Part shown: positions 8,358-18,359 of the stretch, piece by piece
Layout of the letters: each line of letters starts with the position of its first letter
Numbering within the stretch: position 1 is the stretch's first letter
NCBI GenBank assembly: GCA_963752475.1
Contig: CAVVYR010000014.1
Coordinates: 1-64,000 of the forward strand
DNA from: an uncultured Chloroflexia bacterium
GTDB lineage: Bacteria; Chloroflexota; Limnocylindria; Limnocylindrales; CSP1-4
Reading direction: 5' to 3'
DNA: 64,000 nucleotides
The notes under the pieces: generated by a model
Database searches by the model: none
What the model was told of the DNA's origin: nothing
What the model saw: the letters and a program-made list of their open reading frames with translations, nothing else
Position numbers and translations under genes: made by a program

Positions 8358-9179
8358 ATGGACGTGACGCTCGGAGCCGCGCTGCTGGCAGGCCTGCTTA
8401 GCTTCCTGTCGCCGTGTGTCCTGCCCGTCGTTCCGGCGTACCTCGGCCAGCTGGGCATCGTGGCCGCCGCCAAGCCGGCGGGTCTGGGCAACACCAGCCT
8501 CGCCTCGGTCGGTGAGATCGCCGTCGATGGCGGCTTCTCCCCTGCCCCGCCGCCGGAGCCTGCTCAGGCGGGCGGCTGGCGGGCGATCCCCAATGCCTTC
8601 GCTTTCGTCCTGGGCTTCACGCTCGTCTTCACCATCGTCGGCATCCTCATCTACCAGGCCGCGAGCCCGCTGCGAGACCACATGCCGCTCTTGCGCCAGA
8701 TCGGTGGTGTCATCCTCGTCATCCTCGGCCTCAACCTCATGGGCGTGCTCAAGTTCCGCACCCTCGCCCGTTCGTGGAAGCCGCTCGAGCGCTTCGACGG
8801 CAGGCCGCGTTCCCAGCGAGGTGGGCTGCTCGGCGGCTTCATCCTCGGCAGCGTCTTCGCGGTCGGCTGGACCCCTTGCATCGGCCCCGTCCTCGGCAGC
8901 ATCCTGATGATGGCCGCGGTCGGCGCCAGCCCTCAGGTCGTCGGCCTGCTCATCGCCTACTCGCTGGGCCTCGGCATCCCCTTCATCGTCGTGGCCCTGG
9001 CGGTCGATCGAGCGCCGCTCATCACTCGTCCGCTGCTGCGCTACAGCCGCTTCATCGAGGTCGCCGGCGGTGTGCTCATCATCGTCCTGGGCCTGGCCCT
9101 CATCTTCGACTGGCTCGGCCTCATCGCCCGACAGTTCGCCTGGCTGGACTTCAGCACCTGGATCGAGATCCCGATTTGA
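8358..9179 (+). CDS. ccdA: Cytochrome c biogenesis protein CcdA
   Basis: LSFLSPCVLPVVPAY and GWTPCIGP motifs; multiple TM helices. Confidence 0.93.
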   Translation: MDVTLGAALLAGLLSFLSPCVLPVVPAYLGQLGIVAAAKPAGLGNTSLASVGEIAVDGGFSPAPPPEPAQAGGWRAIPNAFAFVLGFTLVFTIVGILIYQAASPLRDHMPLLRQIGGVILVILGLNLMGVLKFRTLARSWKPLERFDGRPRSQRGGLLGGFILGSVFAVGWTPCIGPVLGSILMMAAVGASPQVVGLLIAYSLGLGIPFIVVALAVDRAPLITRPLLRYSRFIEVAGGVLIIVLGLALIFDWLGLIARQFAWLDFSTWIEIPI

Positions 9180-9841
9180 GCGACGAGGACCGCTCGACCC
9201 CGTCGCGTTGGTCGCGTCAGGTCATCGGCCCCTTCACGCTGCGACACATCGTTGCATTGGCCGTCGTCCTGGTCCTGGCGGCCGGCGCCCTGACCCTGCT
9301 GACCACTCCCATCAACGCTCCGGATCCTGCACCCGAGTCACCCGGCTCCGGCTTCTACCAGACAGGCGAGCGGACGACCGGCCTGTCCGTGGGTCAGCTG
9401 GCGCCCGAGCTCGAGGGTGACGTCGACGGCGAGACCGAGCCGCTCCGTGACCTCGATGGCGACGTCATCAGCCTGGAAGCGCTGCGTGGCTCACCGGTGT
9501 GGATCAACTTCTTTGCCACGTGGTGCCCGCCGTGCCAGGAGGAGACGCCGGTGTTGCGCGACACCTACGCCGAGTACCGCGAAGACGGGCTGGAGCTGGT
9601 CGCGGTCAGCGTGCAGGAGTCCACCGCCTCCGACGTGGCCGAGTATGCCGAGACTTACTCGCTCGACTACCCCATCGGGTTCGATGCCACGGGCGCGGTC
9701 TTCGACACGTACCAGGGCTACGGGCTGCCGACGCACGTCTTCATCGATGCCGCTGGCGCGATCGCGCATCTGCGCTTCGGCCCGATCGATCGCGAGGCTG
9801 CGGCCGAGATCATCGAGCCCCTGCTGGAGTCCGCGAACTAG
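9176..9841 (+). CDS. Membrane-anchored TlpA/ResA-like thiol-disulfide oxidoreductase
   Basis: INFFATWCPPC, GLPTHVFID; TTG start overlaps the ccdA stop. Confidence 0.88.
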   Translation: MSDEDRSTPSRWSRQVIGPFTLRHIVALAVVLVLAAGALTLLTTPINAPDPAPESPGSGFYQTGERTTGLSVGQLAPELEGDVDGETEPLRDLDGDVISLEALRGSPVWINFFATWCPPCQEETPVLRDTYAEYREDGLELVAVSVQESTASDVAEYAETYSLDYPIGFDATGAVFDTYQGYGLPTHVFIDAAGAIAHLRFGPIDREAAAEIIEPLLESAN

Positions 9842-10698
9842 AGCGTCGGCTCGAATCGGTACTTGTCCTTGTAGGCGACCAGCTTGCCCACGGGCCGGCG
9901 CGGCTCGTGGGAGAGCACGATGGTCCAGCCCTCCTCGGCCGCTTCGGCGAAGAGCGCGGACTTCACCTCCACGCTGGTGAGCGGGAAGTCGTCGAACGAG
10001 GTGATCCACTTGGGGTTGGCCGACCATGGACGCATGCACAGGTCGCCGATGAATGCGACCGTCTCGTCGCGGCCGCGCACGATGATGGCCTGGTGTCCGC
10101 CCGAGTGACCGCTCGTGCGCCGCACCTCGACCCCGGGGATGAGCTCCTCGTCACCGTCGGCGGCACCGGGTCGCGCCCAGGCCTCGGCCAGACGCAGCTC
10201 CGCCTGTTCATAGGACGCGGTCAGCCGCGGATTGTCGCCCAGCGCGAAGTCCCACTCGTCGATCTGGGCCACGATGCGGGCGTTGGGGAAGGCGTACTCA
10301 CCGGCCGTGGTCAGCAGTCCGCCGGCATGGTCGAAGTGCAGGTGCGAGAGCGCCACATAGTCGATCGAACCGGGGTCGCAGCCGGCCGCTCGGAGCGAAG
10401 GCAGGATGGGCTCCCCTCGTACGCCGCGCTGCTCCTTGTGATGATCGTCCATGCGCTCACCCACACCGGTCTCGACGAGCACGCGGCCCGACGGCGTCTC
10501 CACCAGCAGGCAGTTCAACGCCTGCGTGAGGGTGTGGTCGGGGTTGATCTCGTCAGCGACGAGCCGCTCCCACATCAGCCGCGGCACGGGGCCCAGCACG
10601 GTGCCGGCATCACTGGTGAAGACGCCGGCCTGGATGAGGGCGATGGTGGTGCCACCGCCGAGGTCGCTGCGCCAATCGGCGCTGGCATCGATGGGCAC
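9838..10698 (-). CDS. Metallo-beta-lactamase-fold hydrolase
   Basis: SHLHFDHAGG, GHSGGH, GDL motifs. Confidence 0.9.
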   Translation of the reverse strand: MPIDASADWRSDLGGGTTIALIQAGVFTSDAGTVLGPVPRLMWERLVADEINPDHTLTQALNCLLVETPSGRVLVETGVGERMDDHHKEQRGVRGEPILPSLRAAGCDPGSIDYVALSHLHFDHAGGLLTTAGEYAFPNARIVAQIDEWDFALGDNPRLTASYEQAELRLAEAWARPGAADGDEELIPGVEVRRTSGHSGGHQAIIVRGRDETVAFIGDLCMRPWSANPKWITSFDDFPLTSVEVKSALFAEAAEEGWTIVLSHEPRRPVGKLVAYKDKYRFEPTL

Positions 10699-12335
10699 TA
10701 GCTCGGCCCGCCCTTCGTCTTGATGCGGTTCTCCTCGAAGTCACGGAACGCGCCCGAGGCGGTCGGTACGGACTGACCCTGGTAGCGCGAGCCGAGGCCC
10801 TTGCTGCCGTAGGGCCGCTCGACCGGGCTGGACATCTCGAAGAACGAGATCTGCCCGATGCGCATGCCGTAGTACAGCGCGATGGGCAGGTTCGCGACGT
10901 TCGACAGCTCCAGCGTCAACGTGCCCTTCCAGCCGGGATCGACGTAGCCAGCCGTCGAGTGGATCAGCAGTCCCAAGCGGCCCAAGGAGCTGTTATGCGT
11001 CGGGATGAACGACCTCGACGCGAGGAATACGCCATCGGGCGAGGCCACCTGGATGCAGCGCACCGGGACGGGATCGATCTTGCGTACGACATCGATCGCA
11101 CGGAAGCGATGGAAGCGTGAGTCACTCGGCCGCTGCCGAGCGAGCTTGCGGTCGAGGCCAAAGACCGGTCGGTCCGGCGTGAACTTGACCCGGTACTTGG
11201 GGCCCATGTCGACACCGTTGAGCTTCGCCCGCCCCTCGGTCTTCACGGGCCGGAAGCCAAGGCTGGCGGCGAGTTCGACGACGCTGTCGGCGAGGCTCTC
11301 GTTGGTGCTGGTGAACTCGCAGCGGCCCGCGTTGTCGTCGACGAAACCATCGGTGTCCATGAGGCCTTCGAGCAAGGCCTGACGCTGGGCGACGCTGGCT
11401 TCGAGGTACGGCCGTGGCACGAACTTGCCATTGGCTAGCCCCAGCCTCTTGATCGTGCTGTTGAGGGAATCGTTGCTGCGGTACTGACCGGTCTGGGGAT
11501 CGCGAGTGCGTCCGGTCCCGCCGATACGGAAGAGGTTGGTGCCGTATGCGGTGCGCTGGACAGCGTAGCCATCGCCGCTGATGCGTTCGAGCACCTGCTC
11601 GTCGTAGCAGGTGATCTCAGCCTTCGTCGTCGTGCCGTCGCCCAACCAGGCACCAAGCGTGTAGGGCTCGATGGGTAGGTCCAGTCGGTGCGGATACTCG
11701 ACCGCTGCCGTGAGCGGAACATGATGATTCATCTCGCCCCGGACCCGAACCGATCGCGAGATCTCCTCGGTCGTACGCACCGCTCGCGTTTGCTCGCCGC
11801 GGCGCCGACCGTTCTTGTCGATCGTGACCCACTGGTGTGCTGCGTCGGCCACGATCCGCTGGCCATCCGAGAAGATGACCTCGTAGCAGGGCCGGTCGAC
11901 CATCGCGTCGGTGGCATCGATGACCCGGGTGGGTCGCCCACTCTCGTGGAAGACGTAGTCACCGACCTCGAGGTCCCCCATCGTCCGCCAGCCACTGGGA
12001 GTCGGGATCGGTGTGTCCAGCGCCAGCGCCTTGCCTTCCAGTCGAGCGACCAGGTCATCAGGCAGTTCGACCCACTCGAGAGTCGAGCCCAGGACGAACT
12101 CGCCGGGGTGCAGGATGAACGGCTCGTCACCCTCGATGGACGTCAGCTCCGTGAGGTCACGCTGCTCTTCGCGCGGGTCGATACGGGCATAGCGATGGTT
12201 GTGGAAGACACGGAAGTCGCGATCGAGGTGCAGGTCGACCGACGACGGCTGCAGGCAGCGCTCGTCGAAGGGGTCGATGCGGATCCGCTTCTCCTGCATC
12301 GCGGTCCGGATGTCGCGGTCGGCCAGGACGCTCAT
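10698..12335 (-). CDS. dcd: dCTP deaminase precursor containing an intein
   Basis: [22 protein letters not shown]|[27 protein letters not shown]; 199 aa after intein removal. Confidence 0.93.
   Translation of the reverse strand: MSVLADRDIRTAMQEKRIRIDPFDERCLQPSSVDLHLDRDFRVFHNHRYARIDPREEQRDLTELTSIEGDEPFILHPGEFVLGSTLEWVELPDDLVARLEGKALALDTPIPTPSGWRTMGDLEVGDYVFHESGRPTRVIDATDAMVDRPCYEVIFSDGQRIVADAAHQWVTIDKNGRRRGEQTRAVRTTEEISRSVRVRGEMNHHVPLTAAVEYPHRLDLPIEPYTLGAWLGDGTTTKAEITCYDEQVLERISGDGYAVQRTAYGTNLFRIGGTGRTRDPQTGQYRSNDSLNSTIKRLGLANGKFVPRPYLEASVAQRQALLEGLMDTDGFVDDNAGRCEFTSTNESLADSVVELAASLGFRPVKTEGRAKLNGVDMGPKYRVKFTPDRPVFGLDRKLARQRPSDSRFHRFRAIDVVRKIDPVPVRCIQVASPDGVFLASRSFIPTHNSSLGRLGLLIHSTAGYVDPGWKGTLTLELSNVANLPIALYYGMRIGQISFFEMSSPVERPYGSKGLGSRYQGQSVPTASGAFRDFEENRIKTKGGPS
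10992..12029 (-). mobile_element. Class 3 intein with LAGLIDADG homing endonuclease (346 aa)
   Basis: Begins [14 protein letters not shown], ends IPTHN before Ser; DAAHQW, VRCIQV; LGAWLGDG and LEGLMDTDG. Confidence 0.92.
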
Positions 12336-12342
12336 CGTGCTC

Positions 12343-12906
12343 CTACTTGCGCTTGGTCGGTCGGCGGCGTGGCGTGCCTCGCGGCCCGATGGGTGTGATG
12401 GCTCCATCTTCGGCGACCAGGCGCAGCGTCGTCTGGCCCGGTACGCGGTCGCTGTGTTCCTCGTAGAGCGCATCGACCTCCTGCTTGAGCTGCTCGATGT
12501 CGTCGAACGACTGGTACACGCTCATGAAGCGGATGAAGGCGATGTGGTCGACCGCGCGCAACTTCTCCATGGCCAACTGGCCGATCTCCTTCGACGCCAC
12601 CTCGTTGAGCCCACGGGCTCGCAGGGCCGCCTCGATCTCGTCGGCTGCCTCATCGGCGACGCCGGCACCCACCGGTCGCCGTACGAGTGCCTTCTTCAAC
12701 CCGTCGGCGAGCTTGTCGCGGTCGAACTCCTCGCGTACACCGTTGGTCTTGACCACGATGAGACGCGCTGACTCCACGCGCTCGTACGTCGTGTAGCGCG
12801 AGCGGCAGGAGGAGCATTCGCGGCGCCGCCGGACAGTCGTCGAGTCGTCCTGGTCCCGAGAGTCGATGACTCGGCCGTCCAGCATCCCGCAGTTCGGACA
12901 GCGCAT
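12343..12906 (-). CDS. nrdR: Transcriptional repressor NrdR
   Basis: MRCPNC...VIDSR...[15 protein letters not shown] plus ATP cone. Confidence 0.96.
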   Translation of the reverse strand: MRCPNCGMLDGRVIDSRDQDDSTTVRRRRECSSCRSRYTTYERVESARLIVVKTNGVREEFDRDKLADGLKKALVRRPVGAGVADEAADEIEAALRARGLNEVASKEIGQLAMEKLRAVDHIAFIRFMSVYQSFDDIEQLKQEVDALYEEHSDRVPGQTTLRLVAEDGAITPIGPRGTPRRRPTKRK

Positions 12907-12923
12907 GGTCGGAGGTTACACGC

Positions 12924-13406
12924 TCAGGTGTGGGCCGTCCTTCCAGCGAGCGTGTCGAGCGCGTGCCCGAGGACCATGTCGATGGCGTCGAGCGACTCGA
13001 GGGCGCCTCGAGGGCTGCCGGGTACGCAGATGATGAGCGCCTGCCCGCGCACCGCTCCGAACGAGCGCGATAGAGAGGCCAGTGGCGTGTGCGTTCGGCC
13101 CTCGGCCCGCATGGCCTCACCGAAGCCCGGGATGACGTAATCGACGACCGCGGTGACACCTTCGGGCGTGCGATCGCGGGGGCCCAGGCCGGTACCGCCG
13201 GAGGTCACGATCAGTCGCGCGCCGCCGTCAGCGGCCTCGGCAACGAGGCGCCCGATCTGGTCGGGTTCGTCGGCCACGACCGCGCGCCGGACCTCGAACC
13301 CCAGGCCCGACAGGCGCTCTTCCACGGCCTCACCACTGCGGTCCTCGCGGCTGCCGGCGGCGACGCCATCGGACACGGTCAACACCAGCGCTGCGAGGCC
13401 GTCCAC
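12924..13406 (-). CDS. MogA/MoaB molybdopterin adenylyltransferase
   Basis: TVSD, REDRSG, TSGGTGLGPRDRTPE, PGSP. Confidence 0.9.
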   Translation of the reverse strand: MDGLAALVLTVSDGVAAGSREDRSGEAVEERLSGLGFEVRRAVVADEPDQIGRLVAEAADGGARLIVTSGGTGLGPRDRTPEGVTAVVDYVIPGFGEAMRAEGRTHTPLASLSRSFGAVRGQALIICVPGSPRGALESLDAIDMVLGHALDTLAGRTAHT

Positions 13407-13421
13407 GTGCTCGACTGCTGC

Positions 13422-14060
13422 TCAAGGCTTGGTCCCTCCCTTGCGCGTGATCCGCGCACGCTTGGTGCCCTTGCTCTTGCCGGACTTGGCCTCAGCGTCG
13501 GCCTTGACCTCGTTGGGTGCGGGCCGCTTCCAGGTGCCGCTCTTGCCGCCGCTCTTCTCCAGCAGTCGGACGTTCGTCACGGTCACGAAGCGGTCGGCCG
13601 ACTTGACCATGTCGTACACCGTCAGGGCGGCCACCGAAGCCGCGGTCATGGCCTCCATCTCCACGCCGGTCTGGGCCGTGGTCGCGGCCGAGGCCGTGAT
13701 GACCAGCGTGCCCGTCTTTCGTTCAGGCGTGATCTCGACCTTGACCTCGGTCAGCGGCAGCGGATGGCAGAGCGGGATGAGCTCCGACGTGCGCTTCGCG
13801 GCCATGATGCCGGCCAGCTCGGCCACGCTCATGACATCGCCCTTCGCGCCCTCGCCGTCGATGACGAGGGTGAGCGTGTCCTGGTCCATCTTGACCGTGG
13901 CCTCCGCTACGGCGCGACGCGCGGTCAGCGGCTTCTCGCTGACATCGACCATGCGGGGCCGACCCAGGCGGTCGACGTGGCTCAGCTTGCGCCGGTCCTT
14001 GCGGCTCTGGGGCGCGGCCTTGGGCTGGCCGGGCCAGGACTCACGCGACTTCGACGTCAA
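13422..14060 (-). CDS. moaC: Cyclic pyranopterin monophosphate synthase (start uncertain)
   Basis: LSHVD..GRPRMVDVS, LIPLCHPL, TGVEMEAM, KSGGKSG. Confidence 0.93.
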   Translation of the reverse strand: MTSKSRESWPGQPKAAPQSRKDRRKLSHVDRLGRPRMVDVSEKPLTARRAVAEATVKMDQDTLTLVIDGEGAKGDVMSVAELAGIMAAKRTSELIPLCHPLPLTEVKVEITPERKTGTLVITASAATTAQTGVEMEAMTAASVAALTVYDMVKSADRFVTVTNVRLLEKSGGKSGTWKRPAPNEVKADAEAKSGKSKGTKRARITRKGGTKP

Positions 14061-15309
14061 GTCTGATGACCTCCACTTCGGTGCCGGCGGGAACCTCCGC
14101 CGGACCTTCTCTGATGATGGCGAGCCCGTCTGCGAGCGCGAGAGCCGAGAGCACGTGCGAACCCTGTCCGCCGGCGAGCCGGGCCACGAACCCGTCGCCA
14201 TCTTCCTCGAGCCGCACCCGCACGAACGCCCGTCGGGCGGCCGACTTGCGGACCGGGTCGACGAGGGTGGCCCGGACGATCGGACGGCCCTGATCGCCGG
14301 CATCTCCCCGCAGGCGGCGGATGACCGGTCGCGTGAAGAGCTCGAAGGTGACGAAGCTGCTGACCGGGTTGCCGGGCAGTCCGAAGAGCAGGCAGTAGCC
14401 ACCGTCGGGGCGCGGGGCACTGCCGTAGGCCAATGGCTTGCCCGGCTGGATGGCTATCCGCCAGAGGTCGAGCGTCCCGATCTCGGCGAAGACCTCCTTG
14501 ACCAGGTCATGGGCACCGACCGAGACGCCGCCGGTCACCACCAGCACGTCGCAGTCACGGATGCCTTCCAGCAGGCGCTCGCGGACGACATCGCGGTCGT
14601 CGACGGCGATGCCCAGGCGCACCGGCTCACCGCCGGCCGCGCTGATCTGGGCGGCGATCGATTCGCTGTTGCTGTCGGGGATCGAAGCCGGGCCCAGCGG
14701 CTCGCCGATGGGCGTCAGCTCATCGCCCGTGGCGATGACCCCGACGCGGGGGACGCGATGGACGTTGATGTGGGCATGACCCGCCGCCGCCAGCACCGCC
14801 ACGGCTGCCGGACCGATGCGCGTGCCGGCGCCGAGCAGATGATCGCCCTGGCGCATGTCGCTGCCGACCGTCCGGATGTTCTTGCCGGCCGGCACGGCGG
14901 CGTGGATGGCCACCGCCTGGGGCAGATCGGCCACGCCCTCCGGCGCGTCGGTGTCCTCGACCTTGACCACGGCGTCGGCGCCCGGCGGCATCATCCCACC
15001 GGTGAGCACGCGCACGGCCTGGCGCTCCCCCACCCCGACCTCGGGCTCGTGGCCGGCAGCGACCTCACCGATGACCGCCAGCGTGACCGGCGTCTGGGGT
15101 GAGGCGTCGACCACGTCCTCGCTGCGGACGGCGAAGCCATCCATGGCGCTGTTGTCCCACGGCGGTAGCGTCAGCAGGGCGCTGGCATCTTCGGCCAGCA
15201 CACGGCCCAGCGCCTCGCCCAGCGGCGTCGCACCTCCGCGCAGTGGCAGCACGTCTTCGAGGATGCGGGCGCGCGCTTCTTCGAGCGGGAGCAGATCGGA
15301 TGCAGACAT
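14041..15309 (-). CDS. moeA: Molybdopterin molybdotransferase
   Basis: PPWDNSAMDGFA, TGDEL, TGGVSVG, GLPGNPVS. Confidence 0.95.
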   Translation of the reverse strand: MSASDLLPLEEARARILEDVLPLRGGATPLGEALGRVLAEDASALLTLPPWDNSAMDGFAVRSEDVVDASPQTPVTLAVIGEVAAGHEPEVGVGERQAVRVLTGGMMPPGADAVVKVEDTDAPEGVADLPQAVAIHAAVPAGKNIRTVGSDMRQGDHLLGAGTRIGPAAVAVLAAAGHAHINVHRVPRVGVIATGDELTPIGEPLGPASIPDSNSESIAAQISAAGGEPVRLGIAVDDRDVVRERLLEGIRDCDVLVVTGGVSVGAHDLVKEVFAEIGTLDLWRIAIQPGKPLAYGSAPRPDGGYCLLFGLPGNPVSSFVTFELFTRPVIRRLRGDAGDQGRPIVRATLVDPVRKSAARRAFVRVRLEEDGDGFVARLAGGQGSHVLSALALADGLAIIREGPAEVPAGTEVEVIRLDVEVA

Positions 15310-15318
15310 GCCCCGAGC

Positions 15319-15990
15319 CTAGCCCGCTTGCTCGGTTGCCGTCGAGTCGGCGGTGATCCGCGATGCGGCCCACCGACCGAGCAGCCAGGCGGCCAGGCCG
15401 ATGATGAGGACGAGCGTGCCCAGCGCGGCTGAGGCGATCTGCCAGAAGCGGAACGGATAGAGCTGCACGAGGTGCTGCGTGGAAGGGTCGAACGCCCAGT
15501 TGCCGCCCGGGAAGAAGACCTGGTGGAACAGCGTGAACAGGGAATCGAAGGCGATGAGCGAGAGCAGCCCGATCGCGACGACCGCCAGCGCGGTCGCGAG
15601 CCCGGCCCGACGTACCACGGTCCAGATGGCCAGACGACGATCGCGCCGCATGCGCAGCGCAGCCGCGATGGCGATGAAGCCGACCCCGCCCGCGATGAGG
15701 AAGACGCTGAGCAGCACACGAGCATCGCCGAGATGACCACGTTCGTCGATGTCGTAGAACGGCTCACCATCCGGTCCGGCGAAGTCGAAGTCGCCCCCGA
15801 GCACCAACTGCTCTACCGAGCGGTCGCTCATCTCGTACGTCTGCGCCCGGGTCATCTCGAGCAGCTCGGCCGAGCCGGCAGCGTCGAGCGCGAGATGGAT
15901 GAAGAAGGGCGTGAGCAGGGGTAGCGTCGCCAGCGCGATGATGGTGAAGACGGTCGCGAAGAAGAGCCCGATGCGGGCAGGAAGGCCCAG
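15319..15990 (-). CDS. DUF1461/TIGR01906-like membrane protein (possible CTG start)
   Basis: ERGHLGDAR, FDSLFTLFHQVFF, LVQLYP..FW; the open frame extends upstream of ATG 15855 through a TM helix. Confidence 0.7.
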   Translation of the reverse strand: MGLPARIGLFFATVFTIIALATLPLLTPFFIHLALDAAGSAELLEMTRAQTYEMSDRSVEQLVLGGDFDFAGPDGEPFYDIDERGHLGDARVLLSVFLIAGGVGFIAIAAALRMRRDRRLAIWTVVRRAGLATALAVVAIGLLSLIAFDSLFTLFHQVFFPGGNWAFDPSTQHLVQLYPFRFWQIASAALGTLVLIIGLAAWLLGRWAASRITADSTATEQAG

Positions 15991-16006
15991 TGGGGAAGTC
16001 GCGGTC

Positions 16007-16396
16007 CTAGCCCTCAGCGAGCACCTGGGCCTGGTCGTACCAGCCCTGGATGGTCAGGTCGGTGGGGGCCTCGACATCGAGCGTGTGGGCCGCTTCGACG
16101 ACCTTGTCGTGGAACTCCTCCGCCTCGAGGTCGATAAGGTCCTGCAGTCCGACCAAGCCGGCCTGCGTCAGGATCCGCTGCTGCTCCGGCCCGAAGTTGG
16201 CCAGGTTGAGCAACAAGGCCTCATCGCGCCAGGCCTCGATGTCGGTGGTGTCGACACCGATCTGGTCGGCCAGGGTGACGCGCCGGGTCTTCGTCTCGGA
16301 GACCTCCAGGAACAGGCCGGTCGTGAACAGGCCCTGGTGCAACAGGCGGTCGAGGGCCACCTGCGGGACGCGCTGGAGGTTCTCGGTGGGCGGCAT
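16007..16396 (-). CDS. DUF4332-like helix-hairpin-helix protein
   Basis: LQRVPQV, RVTLADQIG, LTQAGL..L.DL, IQGWYDQA pattern. Confidence 0.6.
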   Translation of the reverse strand: MPPTENLQRVPQVALDRLLHQGLFTTGLFLEVSETKTRRVTLADQIGVDTTDIEAWRDEALLLNLANFGPEQQRILTQAGLVGLQDLIDLEAEEFHDKVVEAAHTLDVEAPTDLTIQGWYDQAQVLAEG

Positions 16397-16460
16397 CGAC
16401 TCGGCGGCCTCCTCGTGTATCGGCGGGATCGCGCCATGCTAGCAAAGCGCGGGACAGGAA

Positions 16461-16495
16461 GAAGCGGCCCCGCCGACGACGAGCGAGGCCGCTTC
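16461..16495 (-). terminator. Hairpin downstream of htrA-like gene
   Basis: gaagcggcc...ggccgcttc stem with a pyrimidine-rich tail on the minus strand. Confidence 0.5.
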
Positions 16496-16508
16496 CTGGG
16501 GTGGGGTG

Positions 16509-17726
16509 CTAGCCGAGGTCCGCGGGACGCTCGCCGAGCGTGGCCTCAAGCTCGAGGGTCTCACCGTCACGGAGGACCTCGAGGGTCACGGTATCGCCGG
16601 GTGCGAAGCGCAGGACCTGAAGGTCGAGCGGGTTGTGACGATCGACCGCAAGGGCCTCGACGGCGGTGACGATGTCACCGGCCTGGAGGCCGGCCTCATC
16701 TGCCGGGCTGCCGGCCACGACCGGCTCCTGGTCGCCCATGCTGCTGCCGATCCAGGCGCCGCTGGTGACGGGCAGCGACTCCGCCTCCGCCAATTGGGCG
16801 TCGATCTCGGTGTAGACGACGCCGACATACGGTCGGGAGATGGTCTCGCCCGCCATGGCCTGTTCGATGATGGGCTTGGCCAGGTCGACGGGAAGCGCGA
16901 AGCCGATGCCGTCGTTGAGGCCGGCCTCCGCGGTGGTGATGCCGATGAGCTCGCCGTCGCCGTCGAGGAGGGCCCCGCCGGAGTTGCCCGAGTTGATGGC
17001 TGCGTCGGTCTGGATGAGGTGGTTCAGCCGCTCACCGCCCTGGCCGTTGCCGAAGACACCGATGCTGCGGTCGAGGCCGCTGACGATGCCCACGGCGGCG
17101 CTGCCCGGGAAGCGGCCGAGCGGATTGCCCACGGAGATGGCCAGCTGGCCGACCTTCAACTCCGACGAGTCGCCCAGCGGGACCGCCGGAAGGTCCGTCG
17201 CATCGACCTCGACGAAGGCGAAGTCCGTGAGGGTGTCCACGCCGGTGACGGTACCGTCGAGCACCATGCCGTCATCGAGGATGACGGACACGTCTCGGGC
17301 GTCGCCGACGACGTGGCCGTTCGTGATGATGAGGCCATCGGGATCGATGATGACGCCCGATCCCGAACCGCCCTGGCCGAACTGCCGCGGCAGATCGAAG
17401 CCCTCAGGCAGCAGTTCCTGCAGGTCGCCCAGCCCTTCCGGGACCTCGAATCCCTCGGGCAGCTCCATGCCCTCGGGCAGCTCGATATCGCCGGGTGCGA
17501 GGCCGTCGAGACCATCGAAGCTGCCGGGTGGCGCCTGGATCGTGACTACCGCGGGGGTGGCTCGCTCGATGACGCCGATGACGATGTCGTCGTCACCCTG
17601 CGCGCCCAGCACAGCGCCGGGGGCAGCCAGGCCGAGGCTGCTCAGGGAGATCGCACCAGCGAGCGCGAGGAAGGTGCGCGGCCGGCGCGTCGGGAGGAAA
17701 CGGACCGTTGTCTTCATGCCAACCAT
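16509..17726 (-). CDS. HtrA/DegP-like serine protease with PDZ domain
   Basis: GSGSGVII, ITNGHVV, IQTDAAINSGNSGG, GSPADEAGLQAGD. Confidence 0.94.
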   Translation of the reverse strand: MVGMKTTVRFLPTRRPRTFLALAGAISLSSLGLAAPGAVLGAQGDDDIVIGVIERATPAVVTIQAPPGSFDGLDGLAPGDIELPEGMELPEGFEVPEGLGDLQELLPEGFDLPRQFGQGGSGSGVIIDPDGLIITNGHVVGDARDVSVILDDGMVLDGTVTGVDTLTDFAFVEVDATDLPAVPLGDSSELKVGQLAISVGNPLGRFPGSAAVGIVSGLDRSIGVFGNGQGGERLNHLIQTDAAINSGNSGGALLDGDGELIGITTAEAGLNDGIGFALPVDLAKPIIEQAMAGETISRPYVGVVYTEIDAQLAEAESLPVTSGAWIGSSMGDQEPVVAGSPADEAGLQAGDIVTAVEALAVDRHNPLDLQVLRFAPGDTVTLEVLRDGETLELEATLGERPADLG

Positions 17727-17867
17727 GTCGTGCAGCGGCGACCGGGCCGTGACTCGGCGCGGTGGGGCCGTGGGTCGGCGTGATCGAAGCCACGCCGACG
17801 CTTGACACTGTTCTACCGGACCAAAGGTGAATCCGGGGTTGGCGGAGTGTGAAGACTCCCTAGCCAG

Positions 17868-18311
17868 TTAGCTCTCGAGCGTGGCGTCGACCGTGATCTC
17901 GACCGAATCGCTGATGGCCCGGCTGATGGGACAGCCACCCTTGGCCGCGTTGGCCTTCTCGAGGAAGAGCGCCTCATCGGCCCCGGGGACCTTGGCGCGC
18001 ACGGTGATCGCGCTCGAGACGACGGTCCATCCGGCGTCGGTCTTGTCGGCTGTCACGACCACGGAGACATCGACGCGCTCGGCCGGGAAGCCGGCCTGCG
18101 CAAGCTCGTGGCTGAGGGCCATCGAGTAGCAGGCGGCATGGGCTGCCGCGAGCAGTTCCTCGGGGCTGGTCTTGCCTTCGGAGGCTTCGGTGCGGGCACG
18201 CCAGGTGATGGCCTGGTCGCTGAAGATCCCGCTGGCGCTGGCGCTGACCGATCCCCCGCCGCCGAGCAGGTCACCACTCCAGTTCGCGTCTGCCTTGCTG
18301 ATCATCGCCAT
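17868..18311 (-). CDS. osmC: OsmC-family peroxiredoxin
   Basis: TSPEELLAAAHAACYSMAL, CPISRA. Confidence 0.92.
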   Translation of the reverse strand: MAMISKADANWSGDLLGGGGSVSASASGIFSDQAITWRARTEASEGKTSPEELLAAAHAACYSMALSHELAQAGFPAERVDVSVVVTADKTDAGWTVVSSAITVRAKVPGADEALFLEKANAAKGGCPISRAISDSVEITVDATLES

Positions 18312-18359
18312 CTGTCGATCTCCTCGTTTTGCGTAGTCGGTAGATGCATGTTCGCACGG

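Noticed and set aside
12907-12923. NrdR box upstream of nrdR-dcd
   Set aside because: No match to the AT-rich palindromic consensus was seen.
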